DNA of 64,000 bases, from positions 35,218-99,217 of the forward strand of contig DATEQS010000007.1 of the NCBI GenBank assembly GCA_035272385.1, read 5' to 3'. This document shows positions 7,596-16,794 of the stretch, piece after piece (position 1 is the stretch's first letter; each line of letters starts with the position of its first letter). The position numbers and the translations under genes were made by a program. Under the pieces are notes generated by a model. It saw only the letters and a program-made list of their open reading frames with translations, searched no databases and was not told the origin of the DNA. This DNA is from Thermoplasmata archaeon. GTDB lineage: Archaea; Thermoplasmatota; Thermoplasmata; Lutacidiplasmatales; UBA184.

Positions 7596-8897
7596 CTATC
7601 CCGCGCAGCCGCTGACCGCGTAGTCGTCCCCGTTGAACTCGGCGAAGCCGTAGTCCTCGTAGAGGTCCGACTCGGTGACGGTCACGTGATTGACGGGATC
7701 GTAGAAGACCACGACGCCCGTGGACGAGTCGTAGGAAAGGATGACCGAGGGCCCCAGGAGCTTGTGGAGTTGGGAGAGCTCCGAGGCGGGAATGGAGGGA
7801 TTGTCGGTCTGACAGTTCGCCTGGCTCCCCCCGCCTCCGACGGGAGAGACGGGGGCTTGGATCAACGGAACCGCCGAGTGCGCGATCGGGTTGGCCGCCA
7901 CGACCGCCGTCACGACGATGAGGGACAAGATGCCCGCGCCGATGCGGTAGCTCGCGGGCCACCGAATGGCGGCAGGTCTCGGGGCGCGTTTCGCACCCCC
8001 CTTCGATCGCGCCGCGGAGCGGCGGGGAACGGTGACTCGAGCGTTCTGGCGCCGAAGCACCAAGGCCAGGATGTTGCCGCCGAGGAGGGCGACGAGGATC
8101 CCGAGGCTCGGCATGAAGAGCGGAAGGAACGCGGCCGAAACCCCGATGACCCCGGCGTAGAGGACCTGTTCGTGAGCGGCCCCGGGAGCCGTTCGAGGCT
8201 CGACGACCATGAAGAACGCGAAGAAAAGGGTCGCGGGGTCGACCGCTTGGAGCAGCAGTACGTGCGGGTCTAGGCTGGTCCCGGCGACCACATGTTGCAC
8301 CGCGGCGAGGAGTCCATACGTCGCCAGGAACACGGCCGGGATCCGCCACTGGCGCGGGGTGCGAGCCAGCAGCACGATGCCCAGAGCAACCACCGCGACC
8401 TCGCCGTACGGGCCAATGCCGACCCACCAAGCCGGTGCGAGTCCGAGGAACAGGGTGCCGAGCAGTATTCCCGTGGCCGCCGGATTGAACCAGGGCCGGC
8501 CTCGGTAGCGGAGCACGTGCCGGAACGCGACTGCGGCGAAGGCGACGGTCGCGACGAGGACCAAGCTCGCGTTGGGGGGGAAGATGAGAGCGATGAACAG
8601 GCCCGTCGCGAGCGCGGAGTCGGGGAAGCGAGGACGGTCGTACCGAACCGACTGGAATCCTAGGTCAACGATGCCGGCGATGACCGGGGCGACCACCAGG
8701 GACGTCGCGCCGAGACCCCCGAGATAGTTCGACCCATAGATGCCGAGGCCGACCAGCACCAACCAGAGGAGGCGAACGGGTGGTAGGGCACGACGGAATG
8801 TCGCTCTCCAGGTCGGGCTGGTGGAGGGCGTCCCTACGGTAGTTCCCTCTGCGAACACTCGCTCCCCCGACCCGGCAACTTGGCTTATACCCTCCAT
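7596..8897 (-). CDS. Polytopic membrane protein, RnfD/NqrB-like core with a C-terminal extracytoplasmic Cys-containing domain
   Basis: FFAFFMVVEPRTAPGAAHEQVLYAGVIG resembles the FFMxTDPxTxP region of the RnfD/NqrB family. The ~110-aa soluble tail carries 2 Cys. No other Rnf/Nqr genes are nearby. Confidence 0.45.
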   Translation of the reverse strand: MEGISQVAGSGERVFAEGTTVGTPSTSPTWRATFRRALPPVRLLWLVLVGLGIYGSNYLGGLGATSLVVAPVIAGIVDLGFQSVRYDRPRFPDSALATGLFIALIFPPNASLVLVATVAFAAVAFRHVLRYRGRPWFNPAATGILLGTLFLGLAPAWWVGIGPYGEVAVVALGIVLLARTPRQWRIPAVFLATYGLLAAVQHVVAGTSLDPHVLLLQAVDPATLFFAFFMVVEPRTAPGAAHEQVLYAGVIGVSAAFLPLFMPSLGILVALLGGNILALVLRRQNARVTVPRRSAARSKGGAKRAPRPAAIRWPASYRIGAGILSLIVVTAVVAANPIAHSAVPLIQAPVSPVGGGGSQANCQTDNPSIPASELSQLHKLLGPSVILSYDSSTGVVVFYDPVNHVTVTESDLYEDYGFAEFNGDDYAVSGCAG

Positions 8898-9037
8898 TCC
8901 GCCGTTTTCGAACCCGGCGCTCCATCTCTTTCACCGACCCTCCCACCGGCCGACGCTTTCCGGGCGAGCTGAGCGAATGTGCCTCGAGTTTCGTTCACGC
9001 CGGCTTTAGATAGTGGTCCGGCCGCACGTATCGGGCC

Positions 9038-9487
9038 GTGGCGGACCTCTCGGACCTCCTGGGAATCACCGTCCTGTTCGTCTCGCTGGGGGTCGGAGGG
9101 CTCACCCTCTTTCTGCTGAGGGGCAATGCACGATTCGACGCCATTCTCAGCGCGTTCGTCCAGGTTGCCCTGATTCCCGAGCGCCGCCGTCGTTTCTTGC
9201 TGCTTCTCTGGATCGCGACGGTCTGCTTCCTCATCACCGGAGTTCTCTTGGGCAGTTACCGGCTCGGATTGCAACTTACCGCCGATCCGGACCTCTGGTA
9301 CACGGCTTCCTTCCTCGCCGGCATGCTCGCTCTGGGCGCCGTAGCTTGGGTCGGCCTCAGCCCCCGCGAGTTGACCGAGCACGAGCGCGCGACCGCGGAG
9401 AAAGACGCGCCCGCGATCCTGGAGAGCATTTGGATGGTACCTTACCGGAAGATGGACGAAGACCCTGCGAAGCAGCGCTGGCCCTAG
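9038..9487 (+). CDS. Hypothetical membrane protein
   Basis: 149 aa with ~4 hydrophobic segments. No family recognised. Confidence 0.4.
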   Translation: MADLSDLLGITVLFVSLGVGGLTLFLLRGNARFDAILSAFVQVALIPERRRRFLLLLWIATVCFLITGVLLGSYRLGLQLTADPDLWYTASFLAGMLALGAVAWVGLSPRELTEHERATAEKDAPAILESIWMVPYRKMDEDPAKQRWP

Positions 9488-10437
9488 TCGCTCGAGCCAC
9501 TTCGAGGATACATTTCGCGAAGCAGGCTCGGAACCCTCTCTCGATAACGAGCGACCTGGGGCCTCCAGCCTAGTCCCCTCAGCTTGTCGTTCGATGTGGG
9601 CCGGTCGGCGGCGAGATGCCGTGCCACCGCCTCTCCGAGCTCGCGCTGCGCCGCCTCGAGCGCGATCGACGGTGGGGGTGGCACCCCGAGCTCGGTCGCG
9701 ACGAGGTCCGCAAACTCCCGTAGGGGTGCCGGATGTCCGTCCACGGCGTTGTACACCTCGCCCGCTTCCCCCGATTCGAGGACGGCTTGGAACGCGGTTC
9801 CGGCGTCCCACCGGTCGATGAAAGACCAGCGGTTCTTGCCTTCGCCGACGACCCGGTACTCTTTCGCCCGTATCGAGTCCGCCAACCCTCGGAACCACGA
9901 ACCGTCCCCATACACCATCCCGGGTCGGACGACGAGAACCTCCAAACCGCCGTGGGAATTTGCCTCCCGACCGGCCCGTTCGGCGTCGTAATTGATCTGC
10001 GACTCTCCACGGGGTTCCACGGGGGAATCCTCGCGAATGGTTTCTGACTGTCCCCGATAAACCCAGTAACCGGAACCCACCACGAGACGAAGGGCTCTCT
10101 CTCGTCGCGCTGCCTCCGCGAGATTGCGGGTACCCTCCACCCGCACCCTAGCGAGGTCTCCCTCCGCCGGAGGGTTCGCGGCCAAGTGGATCACTCCCGA
10201 ACAGCCCGCGACCGCCTTCTGGAGCGACCGAGGATCCAGGACGTCCCCGAGCATCGGGGTTCCTCCGTTCTCCCGAACACGGTCTCCCTTGAGCGCGTCG
10301 CGGACCAGACCGCGTACCTCGTATCCGTTCCTCGAGAGGGCTCGAACGACCGATAGACCCAGGAAACCGCTCGCCCCGGCCACCAGAATCCTCCGTGGCT
10401 TGCCGGAGCGAACACTTGCGTTGTCGGTCGTCGTCAA
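9484..10437 (-). CDS. NAD-dependent epimerase/dehydratase (SDR) family protein
   Basis: Rossmann motif ILVAGASGFLG. The long track ORF (to 10548) would run through repeat E, so I chose the TTG at 10437, just upstream of the Rossmann fold. The start remains uncertain. Confidence 0.7.
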   Translation of the reverse strand: MTTTDNASVRSGKPRRILVAGASGFLGLSVVRALSRNGYEVRGLVRDALKGDRVRENGGTPMLGDVLDPRSLQKAVAGCSGVIHLAANPPAEGDLARVRVEGTRNLAEAARRERALRLVVGSGYWVYRGQSETIREDSPVEPRGESQINYDAERAGREANSHGGLEVLVVRPGMVYGDGSWFRGLADSIRAKEYRVVGEGKNRWSFIDRWDAGTAFQAVLESGEAGEVYNAVDGHPAPLREFADLVATELGVPPPPSIALEAAQRELGEAVARHLAADRPTSNDKLRGLGWRPQVARYRERVPSLLREMYPRSGSSD

Positions 10438-10496
10438 GGGAGCCTTCGTCGCAGTTCCCGACGGCGATGCCGCCGACCCGGTTAACCCCTCTGTCC

Positions 10497-10528
10497 CCGG
10501 TAGGTGCAACTGCACTTGCACCCACCGG
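10497..10528. repeat. Palindrome copy E: CCGGTAGGTGCAA-ctgcac-TTGCACCCACCGG (13-nt arms, one mismatch)
   Basis: Intergenic, between the ABC permease stop (10642) and the epimerase start. Confidence 0.6.
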
Positions 10529-10641
10529 TCAGGTCTCCCCAACCCCATCGTCCACCCTCATTCGTTCGAGCTCCGACTCCGTGGCACCTGGGGCGGGGAA
10601 GCGGACAAGATCTCTCCGGGGATCCGGGGCAGGCATCGAAC

Positions 10642-13611
10642 CTATTCGGTGGGGCGAACGGCTTCGGCCGGGGGCAATTTCGAGGCCCGAAGGGAAGGCT
10701 CCGAGATGGCGAGCATTGACAGCCCGTAGGCCGCACCGAGGATGATCGCGAGATTGAGCCACGGCACGGTGAACACCGTGACCCCCGCGGAAGCGGCCGC
10801 TGCCCCCTGGGTCACGTTCCAGACGATGAGGAGACCGAGGGCCGTGCCGATCGAGATCCCGACCAAGGTGATGAACGAGTACTCGAGGAAGAAGGCCCTC
10901 AACACCATTCGACGCGTGAACCCGTTCGCGCGGATCATGCCAATTTCCCGGCGGCGCTCGACCACGGCCCGGAGCGCGACAATCCCCATCGCCGCGATGC
11001 CGACCGCGAGACCGAGTCCGACGAAGATCTGGAGAAGTCCGATGATCCCCTCGGTCGACGCGACCGACGTGGCGAGCAGGTCCGCGATGTTGAGGACGAC
11101 GAGTCCGTACGGGAAGAACGCCGCCTTGGCGACCTGGGCCGCGCGCGTCGCCGAGGCGCCCGGTGCGAGGGTGAGGAAGAAGACCTTCTCCTCCGAAACT
11201 CCGAGAGCAGCGGCGGTCGGAGGGCTCACGAACACCCCGGAAACGAGCGATTGGGTCATGATTCCGATCACGGTGACCGTGGCGCTGTGCCCATTCGCCG
11301 GATTCGCGAGCAGCAGGGTACCCCCCGTATTCACCTTCGGATGGGCTGCGCCCGAGCCGGTCCCGAGGTTGTTGGTCACGGGCGCGTAGCTCTGGTCAAC
11401 GACCGCGACATCGGGGTCCGTAGCGAGCTGAGCGTTCACTTGAGATGCGCTCATTCCACCCTCGGTGGCCGTGAAGGTGAACCGATTGGTGGAGTAGAAA
11501 TTGGAGGACGAGGGTCCTCCGGGAGGGCCCGAGTAGATAGAATCGGAGTAGGGGTTCCCCGAGAATCCACTCGCATTGACATAGATTCCACCATAGTCTA
11601 AGGGCACGACCAACGAGAAGTACGGCGCGACGGTCGAGTTGTTCGCCACGAGTTCGGGAAAGTTCGGGATTGGCGTGGAGGAGTACGAAACGAACGTGTA
11701 CCCTCCGGATTGCTCCTGGAGGGTGGAGCTCAGGCTTCCATCGACGGTCGCTCCGGTAGCCGCAATGGCGACCAGGACGAACACCACGAGTGCGAAGATG
11801 GCAAGACTCGTCGTGGTGCGAGAGGACCGTCGGCTGGGGTACGACAGCGCGATCTGGGCGACCGGCGCGTTTTGGGACCGGCCTCCGGCGATGCGAAGGA
11901 GGGCCTCCGCGATAGACGGGGCGTTGAAGGCAAAGAGGAGGAGGGCCCCCCCGACCATGACGATCCCCTCGGTGAAGACGATGAAGATCCCGCCCCCATG
12001 CGCGGACCCGAGCAGGACCATGTGAAGCTGGCCGTACCCGGCCCAGACGAGCAGAGCGACCCCCGCCGCGGAGAATACGATCCGGTTCGTCACGAACCGG
12101 GAGGCGATCAGCGCGAGCCCCGCGATCGCGAACGTTCCGCCGAGAATCGGATACGAGGCGTCCGACGTCCCCTGGTAGGTGGTGGCGTAGAGCAATGCCC
12201 CGATGACGACGGCGACGACACCGATGTACGCGAGGTACGTGTAGGTTCGTACGGTCGGCGGCGGCTCGGGGATGTCGCGGATGGCCCGCACGATGTTGAG
12301 TCGACTTGCCCGCCAGCTCGCGACCACCACCGTGACCAGGGTCAGCAGGAACCCGATCACGTAGGCGGTGAGGAGCGTCGGGAAGGTGACCGTGAACGAA
12401 TCGAGGATAGCCGAGGGCGGGAGACCGGGTTGGGGGAAGAGGAGACTAAACGCGACCGCGAGACCGTAGCCTACCCCGACACCGAGGACGGTTCCGGCGA
12501 GCGCGCTGCCGGCTGAATACGCAAGCCCCTCGAAGAAGTAGGAGTAAACGAGTTCGCGTCCTTTGAGGCCAATGGCCCGCAACACCCCCATCTCACTCTT
12601 CCGCTCCTCCGCGAGGAGGACGAAGATGCCGACGATCAGCATCGCCCCCGCCACGACGGAGAACAGACCCAGGACCAGGAACAGCGTCTCGATACTGCTC
12701 GCCGCGGAGTTCGCAGTGGCGAGGGCGTCGACGAGGATCTGGTCGACCGAGAGCCCCCGCGCGATGGGGATGGCGGCGAGCGTCGCGTTCAGGGTGGCGC
12801 TTACCTTCGGGGCAAGAGCGAGACGGTTTGCCTGGTCCCCTACGTTGGTGACCGACAGGAAGTTGATGGCGCCGGAGATATTCTCGAGATGCTGAGCGGT
12901 CGATAAGTCCACGAAGGCGCTCCCGAAATTCCCGACCCCACCGGTCGGAAAGGCCCCCCGAATATTGTCCTGAACGACCGCCTGTACGACCGAAAGTATG
13001 GCCGTCACTCCGGCACCGTAAAGGTAGACGGAATCGCCGGCGGAGGCGTTCAGCTCGGAGGCGGCGAGGTCATCGAGAATCACCTCTCCCAATGCCGGGC
13101 CCGCAAGCTTGGCGCCGGAGTCGGTAACGAAGTTCCCGAGCTGGGAGCTCTGGTTCGCGTTGACCCCGATCAGGTTGAGGTTGGTTTGCGGTATCCCGGT
13201 CGCCCGGTCGAAGATCGAGACCGTACTCACTATCTCCGGGGCCATGCCGGCGATCGAGGGGTTTCCCGCCGTCGCCGACGCGACGTCCGTGTAGACCGAG
13301 TAGGGGAAGGGAGTCCAGGCCCCCGATGGAGATTGGTTGCCGACGACCTCGTCGTTGTAGCCGACGGCGAGGACCGTGTAGTGGACCTCCAGCTCGTTGA
13401 CCGTGTCCCCCACCACGAGGCTCCCGGAGACGATCGTCGTCGCGACGAGAAGGCCGAGTACGAGGAGGATCGTCCGCCCGCGCGCTCGATAGACGTTCCG
13501 GATCCCGATGCGAAACGCCAAGCGGTGGCGGAGTGCGAGGATCAAAGCCACCAGGGCGATCCCGAGCAGAACCAGAAGGAGTCCGCCGGCGACAGGGTTG
13601 AGGGAGGGCAT
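10642..13611 (-). CDS. ABC transporter permease, MacB/FtsX-type with two FtsX domains and large extracytoplasmic regions
   Basis: ~990 aa with two 4-TM FtsX-like blocks. The ATG at 13611 (MPSLNP) lies 5 nt after the ATPase stop; the track start at 13662 would overlap the ATPase gene. Confidence 0.8.
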   Translation of the reverse strand: MPSLNPVAGGLLLVLLGIALVALILALRHRLAFRIGIRNVYRARGRTILLVLGLLVATTIVSGSLVVGDTVNELEVHYTVLAVGYNDEVVGNQSPSGAWTPFPYSVYTDVASATAGNPSIAGMAPEIVSTVSIFDRATGIPQTNLNLIGVNANQSSQLGNFVTDSGAKLAGPALGEVILDDLAASELNASAGDSVYLYGAGVTAILSVVQAVVQDNIRGAFPTGGVGNFGSAFVDLSTAQHLENISGAINFLSVTNVGDQANRLALAPKVSATLNATLAAIPIARGLSVDQILVDALATANSAASSIETLFLVLGLFSVVAGAMLIVGIFVLLAEERKSEMGVLRAIGLKGRELVYSYFFEGLAYSAGSALAGTVLGVGVGYGLAVAFSLLFPQPGLPPSAILDSFTVTFPTLLTAYVIGFLLTLVTVVVASWRASRLNIVRAIRDIPEPPPTVRTYTYLAYIGVVAVVIGALLYATTYQGTSDASYPILGGTFAIAGLALIASRFVTNRIVFSAAGVALLVWAGYGQLHMVLLGSAHGGGIFIVFTEGIVMVGGALLLFAFNAPSIAEALLRIAGGRSQNAPVAQIALSYPSRRSSRTTTSLAIFALVVFVLVAIAATGATVDGSLSSTLQEQSGGYTFVSYSSTPIPNFPELVANNSTVAPYFSLVVPLDYGGIYVNASGFSGNPYSDSIYSGPPGGPSSSNFYSTNRFTFTATEGGMSASQVNAQLATDPDVAVVDQSYAPVTNNLGTGSGAAHPKVNTGGTLLLANPANGHSATVTVIGIMTQSLVSGVFVSPPTAAALGVSEEKVFFLTLAPGASATRAAQVAKAAFFPYGLVVLNIADLLATSVASTEGIIGLLQIFVGLGLAVGIAAMGIVALRAVVERRREIGMIRANGFTRRMVLRAFFLEYSFITLVGISIGTALGLLIVWNVTQGAAAASAGVTVFTVPWLNLAIILGAAYGLSMLAISEPSLRASKLPPAEAVRPTE

Positions 13612-13616
13612 GGAAT

Positions 13617-14294
13617 CTAGCTCACGAACCGCCCGTCCCGCATGTGCAGAGTTCGGTCGCACTCGCTCGCTACCGTCGCATCGTGGGTGACCACGACGAT
13701 CGTCTGCTGGTAGGTCTTGTTGAGGTGGCGGAGCAGAGTGGTTACCTCGCGGGAACCCTCCTCGTCGAGGTTACCGGTGGGCTCATCGGCCCAGACGATC
13801 GCGGGGTGCCCGACGAGGGCTCGGGCCAGGGAGACGCGCTGCTGCTGGCCTCCCGAGAGCTCCGAGGGCCGTCGGTCGAGCCGGTCGCCGAGGCCGAGCT
13901 CCGTCAGCATCGTGCGGGCCCGTTCGCGCGCCTCGCGTCCGGGAACGCCCGCAATCAGGAGAGGCAACTCCACGTTCTCGGTCGTCGAGAGCACCGGCAG
14001 GAGGTTGTACGCCTGAAACACGAACCCCACTCGGCGCGCGCGATACTCGCTCTTCGCGCGGTCGTTCATCGAATGGAGGTCGACCCCTTCGAGCGTGACC
14101 GTGCCGCGGTTGATCTCGTCCAGTCCCGAGAAGCAATTGAGAAACGTCGTCTTGCCACATCCCGACGGGCCCATGATCGCGAGCATCTCCCCGCGGGAGA
14201 TCTCGATGTTGATCTCGCGAAGGGCGGTGACCTCGGTGTCCCCGCTTCCGTAAACTTTCCAGACATCCCTCCCTATGACGACGGGTTCGGGCAT
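13617..14294 (-). CDS. ABC transporter ATP-binding protein (MacB/LolD-like)
   Basis: Walker A GPSGCGKTT, signature LSGGQQQRV, Walker B IVWADEPTGNLD. Confidence 0.9.
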   Translation of the reverse strand: MPEPVVIGRDVWKVYGSGDTEVTALREINIEISRGEMLAIMGPSGCGKTTFLNCFSGLDEINRGTVTLEGVDLHSMNDRAKSEYRARRVGFVFQAYNLLPVLSTTENVELPLLIAGVPGREARERARTMLTELGLGDRLDRRPSELSGGQQQRVSLARALVGHPAIVWADEPTGNLDEEGSREVTTLLRHLNKTYQQTIVVVTHDATVASECDRTLHMRDGRFVS

Positions 14295-14524
14295 GGCCTC
14301 GTGAGGAAGTCCAGACCGACCTTAAGCCTCCACCGTTTACGTCCGGACGCGACCGGGAGGTCGGTCGCTTCCGACCGGGCCACGTCGCCGCCAGAGCTTC
14401 CGTGGTTCAGCTCTGGGAATCCGGGGAATCCGGCCACCGTGGGGTTTGCGGGGCCGTCCTAGGCCGTACGAGGGTGTGGCCGCACGTACACCTACAGGTC
14501 AGCCGGATCGCGTAAGGTCTCTAC

Positions 14525-15007
14525 CTAGTGGCCACGTTGTTTCGCCCGGCCACCACTGGCCCGGTAGTCCCGCTCGAGCGCATGGGCGAAGTGCTTCCAG
14601 GCGGCCCGGAGCTCCTGTTCCATGCTAGCCTTCGGAGGGTTCTTCTCGCCGAGGGGGTTCTGACGGCGCTCTCCGCGGAACCGGAGCTCGGTCCTTCCCC
14701 CCGGAAGGGTCGCTAACTCGTAGTCGATGCTCCAATCCCGGTGGTTCCCGGCGGCTTCGGCGTGCCACCGATTGGGCGGATGGAACGTGACCACCTGGCG
14801 GCTCCACATCCACCCGTCTCGGGTGTCGTAAAGATCTTCGTAGACGGCCCGACGTGAATTCTGATGGAGAATCTTACGGACGTACGTATCTTTCTCGAGG
14901 TCCGGGTCTTCCGGAGAGTAGTCCGTGCACCACTTGTACACGAACGGCAGCGGAGCGCGAAACGTGGACCGGAACTCGTAGACCGAAATCGGTGGATTTC
15001 TCGCCAT
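14525..15007 (-). CDS. SRPBCC (START/polyketide-cyclase-like) superfamily protein
   Basis: 160 aa with an SRPBCC-like pattern (FRAPLPFVYKWCTDYSPED...). Weak recognition. Confidence 0.45.
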   Translation of the reverse strand: MARNPPISVYEFRSTFRAPLPFVYKWCTDYSPEDPDLEKDTYVRKILHQNSRRAVYEDLYDTRDGWMWSRQVVTFHPPNRWHAEAAGNHRDWSIDYELATLPGGRTELRFRGERRQNPLGEKNPPKASMEQELRAAWKHFAHALERDYRASGGRAKQRGH

Positions 15008-15103
15008 GATGAACCGTTAGGCCAGGCTGGCGTCGAAGAAATAGCCTTCCCGTTAGCGATCGATCGAGATCGATTGCTACTTTTCGTGAGTCTCGGGCTG
15101 GAC

Positions 15104-15403
15104 CTAAGCGGGGTCGATTACGAGGCCATCCGTCTCGGCCCGAACCCGGTAGGCTTTCACGGGTTTGGAAGCCGGCCCTCGAACGACGGCCCCCGTCTTA
15201 AGGTCGAATTGGGAACCGTGCCACGGGCACGTGACCGTGGTGCCGGTCACCGGTCCTTTGTCGAGCGGACCCCCCACATGCGTGCACTTCGCGTCCACAC
15301 CGAAGAGGAGGCCACCGATGTTGAACACCGCGACCGCGGTGCCGTCCACCAACACGCGAGTCGCCTGGCCCGGATCCGGGGGTTTAGCTCCCGAGACTTT
15401 CAT
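15104..15403 (-). CDS. Rieske [2Fe-2S] domain ferredoxin-like protein
   Basis: CTHVGGPL ... CPWHGSQF, i.e. the CxH...CxxH Rieske motifs. Confidence 0.8.
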   Translation of the reverse strand: MKVSGAKPPDPGQATRVLVDGTAVAVFNIGGLLFGVDAKCTHVGGPLDKGPVTGTTVTCPWHGSQFDLKTGAVVRGPASKPVKAYRVRAETDGLVIDPA

Positions 15404-15491
15404 CGATTACCCCACTTCGTGACCCCCATTCCGGAAGAGTATTCAAGGGCGCGGAACCCGCCTCAGTCATCGACCCGACCGCGGATCCGTA

Positions 15492-15511
15492 GGTGCAACG
15501 CACGTTGCACC
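15492..15511. repeat. Palindrome copy F: GGTGCAA-cgcacg-TTGCACC (arms extend to 10 nt with one mismatch)
   Basis: Lies in the divergent intergenic region between the Rieske gene (start 15403) and the DUF1697 gene (start ~15633). Confidence 0.55.
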
Positions 15512-15632
15512 GACTTTTGCGCGCCCCGTCGATTGGATGGGACCCCCACGCAGACGGCTCCCCTTCGGCGGTGACCCTTCGCCGGGACCTGATGTCCTCT
15601 TAATTCGGGCGATGGCTGTTGGACGTGCGATC

Positions 15633-16178
15633 ATGTCGGTGTATATCGGACTCCTTCGGGCGGTGAATCTAGGAGGCTCGACCCAAGTGAGCATGGAAGC
15701 CCTGAGGAACCTACTTTCACGGATGGGTCTCGAGGGCGTTCAGACCCTCCTTCAATCCGGAAACGTCGTCTTTCGGAGCAACGCGGCCGACCCAACCGCA
15801 TTGGAACGACAGCTCGAGAACCGGGTGGCCCGTGACCTGAAGCTCCGCACCGACTTCTTCCTCCGTTCGGGCGGGGCCTGGAGCTCGATCCTCCGGGCGA
15901 ATCCGTTCCCGCACGAAGCCGAGACCGCCCCGGGTTACCTGGTCGTCACCGCTCTGAAGGAAGCCCCCTCCCCAGAGAACTGGAAGGCCCTCGATGCGGC
16001 GATCCGGGGTCCGGAGCGCGTGCACGGGATGGGGCGGGAGGCGTACATCGTCTATCCGGACGGCCAGGGCCGCTCCCGGCTCACTCTGGCCTTGATCGAA
16101 CGGAGCCTCGGAACTCGGGGGACCAGCCGAAACTGGAACACGGTAACGAAGCTCGCCGCGCTCGCTTCGAGCATCTGA
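15633..16178 (+). CDS. DUF1697 family protein
   Basis: MSVYIGLLRAVNLGG...LLQSGNVVF is the typical DUF1697 N-terminus. Alternative ATG at 15612. Confidence 0.7.
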   Translation: MSVYIGLLRAVNLGGSTQVSMEALRNLLSRMGLEGVQTLLQSGNVVFRSNAADPTALERQLENRVARDLKLRTDFFLRSGGAWSSILRANPFPHEAETAPGYLVVTALKEAPSPENWKALDAAIRGPERVHGMGREAYIVYPDGQGRSRLTLALIERSLGTRGTSRNWNTVTKLAALASSI

Positions 16179-16230
16179 AGGCAAAACCGACCCCCATTAG
16201 GGATATTTGGCCCGACCAGTGTAGGCATCC

Positions 16231-16662
16231 ATGGTCTTCGTCCGCGACGAAGGGAGTGTGTACAACGCTCCCCTCGAAGAGGTCTGGGGGTTCGTGGGCT
16301 CCGGAACGGCCCATTCGGAAGCCCACCATCACCGGAAGGTGGAGCGGAAGACCCTCCCGGGGAACTCCGGAGAGTACACCTGGGAACAGGATTTCGAGGG
16401 GAAGTCCGAGCGCTTCACCATGCGCTGGACCTCCTTCCCGCTGTTCGGGATCGCCTACGAGGTCCTCGAAGGGCCGTTCGCCGGCTCCAAGTTCTTTGTC
16501 TACTACCGTCCGCGAGGGACGAAGACCCGGGTCACCATCGTGGGCGACTTCGTATCCCCCACGATCCCGCCGGCCCGGCTGGAGGCCGCGGTGCTCGGCT
16601 TTTTCGCTCTCGAGTTCGAGCAGGACAGCGCGGCGATCACCTCGATTCTCTCCACGAAGTGA
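16231..16662 (+). CDS. SRPBCC-like small protein
   Basis: 143 aa. APLEEVWGFVGSG... pattern. Weak recognition. Confidence 0.4.
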   Translation: MVFVRDEGSVYNAPLEEVWGFVGSGTAHSEAHHHRKVERKTLPGNSGEYTWEQDFEGKSERFTMRWTSFPLFGIAYEVLEGPFAGSKFFVYYRPRGTKTRVTIVGDFVSPTIPPARLEAAVLGFFALEFEQDSAAITSILSTK

Positions 16663-16745
16663 TTCCAAAATCCCCCACTCGGTAGCGCGAACGTCGGTCC
16701 CGGACGGGCGGACCGGATTCGGTCGTGGTGACGGATTTCGGTACG

Positions 16746-16774
16746 TTTAAATACGTATACATACACATTTTTAC
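16746..16774 (+). promoter_or_regulatory. AT-rich archaeal promoter (TTTAAATA ... ACATTTTTA) upstream of the secreted-protein operon
   Basis: It is one of the few AT-rich blocks in this part of the window and lies 20-45 nt upstream of the ATG at 16795. Confidence 0.45.
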
Positions 16775-16794
16775 ACCGCCCTAGGATTATCTCC

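Noticed and set aside
8294-8300. Isolated TTGCACC half-sites inside CDSs (8294 and 17846), GTGCAAtcgcgaTTCA at 42168, and CGGTGCACCG at 47881.
   Set aside because: They lack the matching GGTGCAA arm at N6 spacing and lie within coding sequence, so I do not count them as members of the hairpin family.
15006-15103. Possible C/D-box sRNA: ATGATGA (C-box-like) at 15006-15012, in the 96-nt gap between the SRPBCC and Rieske genes.
   Set aside because: There is no CTGA D box or terminal stem at an appropriate distance, and the C-box-like heptamer overlaps the SRPBCC start codon. It is most likely coincidence.
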